DNA from: Candidatus Omnitrophota bacterium
GTDB taxonomy: Bacteria > Omnitrophota > Gorgyraeia > B26-G9
Direction of reading: 5' to 3'
Assembly (NCBI GenBank): GCA_043826565.1
Contig: JBDRPX010000038.1
Span: forward strand, 70,334 to 134,333
DNA: 64,000 bases
Shown here in pieces: positions 59,862 through 64,000 of this stretch. The first letter of the stretch is position 1, and each line of letters begins with the position of its first letter. The notes beneath the pieces were generated by a model, which did no database searches, was not told the DNA's origin, and saw nothing but the letters and a program-made list of their open reading frames with translations. The position numbers and the translations under genes are program-made.

Positions 59862-60133
59862 GATTTTTTCCCCGGGGAGATAAAGGTCTTCCAGCACCAT
59901 AAGCAGACCAGGCCTGATGAAATTATATAGAAAACATGTTCCAGATAATTTAAAAAATCAGCCCAGAAGATTCCTTCCAAAACCGTCGCTAAAGTACTTA
60001 CAAGAAACACGATCAATCCGGAAAGAATCAATTTGTTATCCGGTAAAACTTTTAGCTGACGCAGATTACCTAAGACAAAAACTACAGCAGCAACACAAAA
60101 TATAAGAGCAAAAAACTCACTGCTATCAATCAC
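59858..60133 (-). CDS. Small 3-TM membrane protein
   Basis: Three hydrophobic helices, AAGGAG SD, coupled to the kinase start. Confidence 0.75.
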   Translation of the reverse strand: MIDSSEFFALIFCVAAVVFVLGNLRQLKVLPDNKLILSGLIVFLVSTLATVLEGIFWADFLNYLEHVFYIISSGLVCLWCWKTFISPGKKS

Positions 60134-60306
60134 TTTTTTCTCCTTTAGCGCAAAAAAAGCAACCCCTCCATGAATTGAGAAAATTGCTTAGTGTCACCAT
60201 ACTACAGCCTTGTAGATTTTTTTAAACCTAAATTAATAATACTGCTAAAAATCGCATAAGTCAAACAAATCTATTGGATAACGTCTATTACATCTAAGTT
60301 ACCATA

Positions 60307-60780
60307 TTATTTTTTGAAGATTTCCGGCATGACGATAAAGATAAGCTGCCAATCCCCAAAAGGTGTCTTTTCCAGACAGACAACACCCGAGGGTTTAAAA
60401 GACAGCCAGGTATCCATTTCTTGACCAGTTAAAAGACGGCTGGCAAGTCGGGAAACAAACGGAAGATGCCCTACGATCATAACATCCTTGTCCTGGGCAT
60501 TAAGTTCTAAACAGATATTTTCTACCGGATCATTGGGGCCCAAGTCCTTGCGCTCAAAGGAGCCTTCCTTGGGCCACAATTCTTCGGAAAAAATTTGAGC
60601 GGTTTGTAAAGCCCGGTTTTTTGTACTGCTGTAAATTATATTGATGTTTGCATTAATGGATTTTAAAAAATATGCTACTTTTAAAGTATCTTGCCGTCCT
60701 TGATCAGTAAGCGGCTGTTCCGGGTTCTCTTCCCCAGCAAAGGCTTCTCCATGCCGTGTTATATAAATTTTCATTTCCAT
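60307..60780 (-). CDS. sixA: Phosphohistidine phosphatase SixA-like
   Basis: RHGEA, LT..G, RALQTA, VGHLP. Confidence 0.88.
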   Translation of the reverse strand: MEMKIYITRHGEAFAGEENPEQPLTDQGRQDTLKVAYFLKSINANINIIYSSTKNRALQTAQIFSEELWPKEGSFERKDLGPNDPVENICLELNAQDKDVMIVGHLPFVSRLASRLLTGQEMDTWLSFKPSGVVCLEKTPFGDWQLIFIVMPEIFKK

Positions 60781-61418
60781 CTCCGCAGGTTATAAAAAAA
60801 ATTATTCCGAGAAAATAAGGCATAAAAACAACCAATTATCCATAAAATTACCCCGGATGGTTCAGGTATAATATTTTGAGTACCCGGTGTTCCAAAATCC
60901 CCATCACCATACATGTTTTCCGGCATGGGGGAAGTTGCGATCCAACTCTCAGGATTATTTAGCAATCCCTGGCCGGTAAAAGCCATCGATCTTCCGCTAT
61001 AAACAGGCCAATAATCATTTATATATTCAACCCGGGAAATCTCTACACCGTAACTATTTTCCAATATAATTTCATCTTCAGTATTAGATAGAACAAAGTC
61101 ATTGTAAACGTAGCCTGGGGCATACCCGCCGTTTTCTTCCGTATTACCATTTCTGCCAAGGACTAAGAACCCCTTTGCCGGGATAACCAATACCGATCCA
61201 TTATTTATTTGATGATAATTCGTATCGGCATCTTTTATGGTCCAATTAGTTATATCAATCGCAAAATTTTCATCATTATATAATTCAAGCCATTCTCCCA
61301 GCGCATCGGAAACAGCATTTGGGTCGGCCATGATTTCATTAATAGTTATCCCGGCATATACCGGAAACACGTAAATAACCGCCATTACCAAAACAATCCC
61401 AACTAATCGTTTTTTCAT
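60771..61418 (-). CDS. Exported lamin-tail-domain protein with PEP-CTERM sorting signal
   Basis: Signal peptide, INEIMADP, EWLELYN, GTPG..N, IPEP plus TM plus basic tail. Confidence 0.85.
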   Translation of the reverse strand: MKKRLVGIVLVMAVIYVFPVYAGITINEIMADPNAVSDALGEWLELYNDENFAIDITNWTIKDADTNYHQINNGSVLVIPAKGFLVLGRNGNTEENGGYAPGYVYNDFVLSNTEDEIILENSYGVEISRVEYINDYWPVYSGRSMAFTGQGLLNNPESWIATSPMPENMYGDGDFGTPGTQNIIPEPSGVILWIIGCFYALFSRNNFFYNLRRWK

Positions 61419-61453
61419 AAGCCCCTATCTCCCCCCTATGTCCCTTAATCTTT

Positions 61454-62071
61454 TTAAAAAACATAACTCAGTCCGATTATCAAGAGCAAGCCTCCGGAAA
61501 GCCGTATGAGATTTTGATAAGCAAAATCAGTAAGATAAACTTTCCCCTTACTTACTCCATATCCTAATAAACCATACCAAAAAATATCCGCAAGCCAATG
61601 TCCCATTAAAAGCATAGTTACTCCCATAAGACCGGATATTGAAGCTTTGCTAATTGTCGATAAACCGATAGTTGCCCACCAGATAAAAAACCCCGGGCTG
61701 GCAATACTAAAAATTACCCCACCGGCAATTAAGCTTTTTTCAAATTTTTTATTTTCGTCCTTTATTACGGAAAGGCTTAATTTAGGAGATTTTAAAAAAA
61801 ATATTCCCCCCATCAGCATCAAAGCTGCTCCGCCAATAAGTGATATTCCTCTTAAGAAACTATCATCGACAAATAATCGCTTAAACCCGAACAAAATTAT
61901 CAAAATTATAATGAGTTCTATAATTATATGTCCGGTAATAGTTTTGATCCCGGCAAATTTATTGGTTCTCAGGGCACCGGAAACAGTAAAAAAAGTTAAA
62001 GGTCCCGGGATCATCGCCCCGGTAAGGCCAATCATAAATCCGGTAAACAAAATAAATAGAAACGAAGCCAT
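61454..62071 (-). CDS. LysE-family transporter
   Basis: G.TGAMIPGPL, GH...E, SPGFFIWW.TIG; start placed at ATG 62071. Confidence 0.85.
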   Translation of the reverse strand: MASFLFILFTGFMIGLTGAMIPGPLTFFTVSGALRTNKFAGIKTITGHIIIELIIILIILFGFKRLFVDDSFLRGISLIGGAALMLMGGIFFLKSPKLSLSVIKDENKKFEKSLIAGGVIFSIASPGFFIWWATIGLSTISKASISGLMGVTMLLMGHWLADIFWYGLLGYGVSKGKVYLTDFAYQNLIRLSGGLLLIIGLSYVF

Positions 62072-62103
62072 CCTTGCTATGTTTAACCTCCGATCACACT
62101 CTA

Positions 62104-62529
62104 TTAAAAAGCGCCTTCTTTTTTTAAAGAAAGCGCTAAAACTAAATCCCGAAGCCAAACAATCATACCTTTGTAAAATTCAACAACCGGCACATAGCTA
62201 TTTTTCGGCAGCTGCTCTAAAAAATCATTTAAAGATAGACTTTTTACAACGAGCGAATCATACCAGTTAAAAACCGTCACGAAAATTAACGGCACAACAA
62301 AAAACAAGAGAAACAAATATACGATTACTCTACCCCATTCGATAATATTTTTAAAAATTAAAACAATCGACTTTGTCTTTTCTTCTTTTTTGATGTTTGC
62401 AGAAGTCTTTACATCCGGAGCTTCTGATTCGACAGTCCCGGGAACAACTCCCTGCAAATTAATACCGCACACCAAACAACTTTGACATTTGTCTAAAAAA
62501 GTTCTGTTACACTTTGGGCATATTCTCAT
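62104..62529 (-). CDS. Zinc-ribbon membrane protein
   Basis: CPKC...CLVCG N-terminus and one TM segment. Confidence 0.7.
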   Translation of the reverse strand: MRICPKCNRTFLDKCQSCLVCGINLQGVVPGTVESEAPDVKTSANIKKEEKTKSIVLIFKNIIEWGRVIVYLFLLFFVVPLIFVTVFNWYDSLVVKSLSLNDFLEQLPKNSYVPVVEFYKGMIVWLRDLVLALSLKKEGAF

Positions 62530-62555
62530 TAGATATCCTGCCTAAGAAGCTAGGG

Positions 62556-62987
62556 CTATTGCACAAATTGTGTATCCAGAACCGCCTGACTCCAAAATTT
62601 CCAAACATCCCCCTCCTGTTTAAAAACATAGATAAAGTCCACAATATTATTCTGAAATGCCGGACCTTGAACTTTTGTAGTTCTTTGCTTACCCCGCGCC
62701 AAAGCATACTCATCATCTTTTCCAATATAGTTAAAGCTAAGCAGCGTATATCTTAAATCATAATAAGGGAATAGCTGCTTACTTAATTCCATGGTTTGTA
62801 AATATCCCGGAGCTTGCGTATGGATTGTCCGCATCGCCCCGTCAATATCTTCGTTCTCAAGAGCCACGAAATTTGACTCCACCACACCACGCAAAATATC
62901 GCTAATTTTTTTTTCCTGCGCAAACACAGGCTTACAAATTAAAACCATTAAAACTAAAACACTAAACAAAATACCAATTTTTTTCAT
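62556..62987 (-). CDS. Exported NTF2/SnoaL-like protein
   Basis: Signal peptide ending VFA; ALENEDID.AM, FKQEGDVWK. Confidence 0.7.
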   Translation of the reverse strand: MKKIGILFSVLVLMVLICKPVFAQEKKISDILRGVVESNFVALENEDIDGAMRTIHTQAPGYLQTMELSKQLFPYYDLRYTLLSFNYIGKDDEYALARGKQRTTKVQGPAFQNNIVDFIYVFKQEGDVWKFWSQAVLDTQFVQ

Positions 62988-63008
62988 ACCTCCCCCTCTG
63001 TTTTAATA

Positions 63009-63209
63009 TTATTGTGAAGATTTCATTTTTTCCCACACAAAAAGAATGAATTTACCTAAAAGCCATATCGCCACGATCAATAGTGCCAACATAACTACAA
63101 CGCGCAATAAAAAAGCTAAAACCAATAACAAAGGAATAATTAAAACTCCAATCCCCGCCATGACAATAACCGCAATTAAAAATATAAGTCCGATTAAAAA
63201 TGCTTTCAT
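63009..63209 (-). CDS. Small hydrophobic membrane protein
   Basis: 66 aa, almost entirely hydrophobic, co-oriented with neighbours. Confidence 0.65.
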   Translation of the reverse strand: MKAFLIGLIFLIAVIVMAGIGVLIIPLLLVLAFLLRVVVMLALLIVAIWLLGKFILFVWEKMKSSQ

Positions 63210-63230
63210 AATTATTTTATTTAAATTTCA

Positions 63231-63938
63231 TTAATCAACAACAATAAGTTGTTCTAAAATTTCATCTTTTTCTTCTTTTTTTTCAAAACGTTTCTTTTTA
63301 AAATCTTCTATACTTTTTACTGTTTTTTCAAATTGTTCTTTTAAAGCGGCCCCATTTCTCACTGCCTGCCTTAAATATGCTCTCCTTGCTTCAATTGTAA
63401 ACACAGGATTTCTCGCATTATCAATAAAGTTCTGAATAATCTTTAGATTGCAATATATATCAACAATCCCATCCATCAACTCAAACTTATCAATAGTTGC
63501 ATTATTCATATTCGCCTGATAAGCCTCATAAGAAAATGTTATCTGGGGAAATGTCCAGCGTTCCTCCAACTCTTTCTCTTGCATTTTATCAAGGTGCCTT
63601 ATCGCGTCCAGGTTATTGGAACATTCATTTACTAAGGCGATCAATAAAGCTCTCTTACGATTTAACTCTACCTCCCGAAGAGTTGCCAAATATTCCTTAA
63701 TACTTCTCTGGTGAGCTTCTATCTTAGCCTCTGTCACTTCTTCAATCGTAGAAATTTTCTCGGAAGCGGAATCTTTTTCAAAACTTATTTGGCGAGATGT
63801 TGTATTTTCAAGTTTTTCAATATACCCCTTAAAAGCTGAATTATTTTCATTAAGAGTTAGAATGAGCATTACAAGAATTACAATAACCGCAATTATTTCA
63901 ATATTATTAATAACAGCAAAAATTTTTTTAATAATCAT
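63231..63938 (-). CDS. Hypothetical protein, N-terminal TM plus helical domain
   Basis: 235-aa ORF with AGGAGGAG SD. Confidence 0.75.
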   Translation of the reverse strand: MIIKKIFAVINNIEIIAVIVILVMLILTLNENNSAFKGYIEKLENTTSRQISFEKDSASEKISTIEEVTEAKIEAHQRSIKEYLATLREVELNRKRALLIALVNECSNNLDAIRHLDKMQEKELEERWTFPQITFSYEAYQANMNNATIDKFELMDGIVDIYCNLKIIQNFIDNARNPVFTIEARRAYLRQAVRNGAALKEQFEKTVKSIEDFKKKRFEKKEEKDEILEQLIVVD

Positions 63939-64000
63939 GTTTTGCTCTCCTCCTTAAAAGTTAGATCAATACCGCTTGGGTAACTCTAATAATAGTTATA

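Noticed and set aside
57798-63700. Plus-strand ORFs after dif (e.g. 61647-62270)
   Set aside because: They are antisense shadows of membrane-protein genes on the minus strand.
1-64000. CRISPR array, cas genes or rRNA
   Set aside because: No regularly spaced repeat-spacer structure or such genes were seen; the repeats found are heptamer arrays and one REP pair.

Overview
A 64-kb, AT-rich bacterial chromosome segment, most likely from the PVC superphylum: it encodes the PVC signature small basic protein, and the gene content suggests Candidatus Omnitrophota (inference). The window appears to span the replication terminus. All credible genes from 1 to 55187 are on the + strand and all from 55487 to 63938 are on the - strand, and a 28-bp Firmicutes-like dif site lies at the convergence (55289-55316). 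Housekeeping content: hisD-B-A-I, the trp operon with an inserted SPOR gene, aroQ-pepP-efp-accBC-asp23-amaP, gmhA, rfaE2, thiE/thiC, guaA, dnaE, HU, hisS, a dGTPase, aroB, tRNA-Ala(CGC) and tRNA-Gly(CCC). Accessory content: a partial T2SS/pilus cluster, a FIST-kinase-GGDEF module, a toxin-antitoxin pair between RAYT remnants with REP-like repeats, a PilZ-PilT fusion, a degenerate HD-GYP protein, and an AmmeMemoRadiSam system whose components both carry apparent export signals. All calls come from motif recognition by eye; no searches were run.
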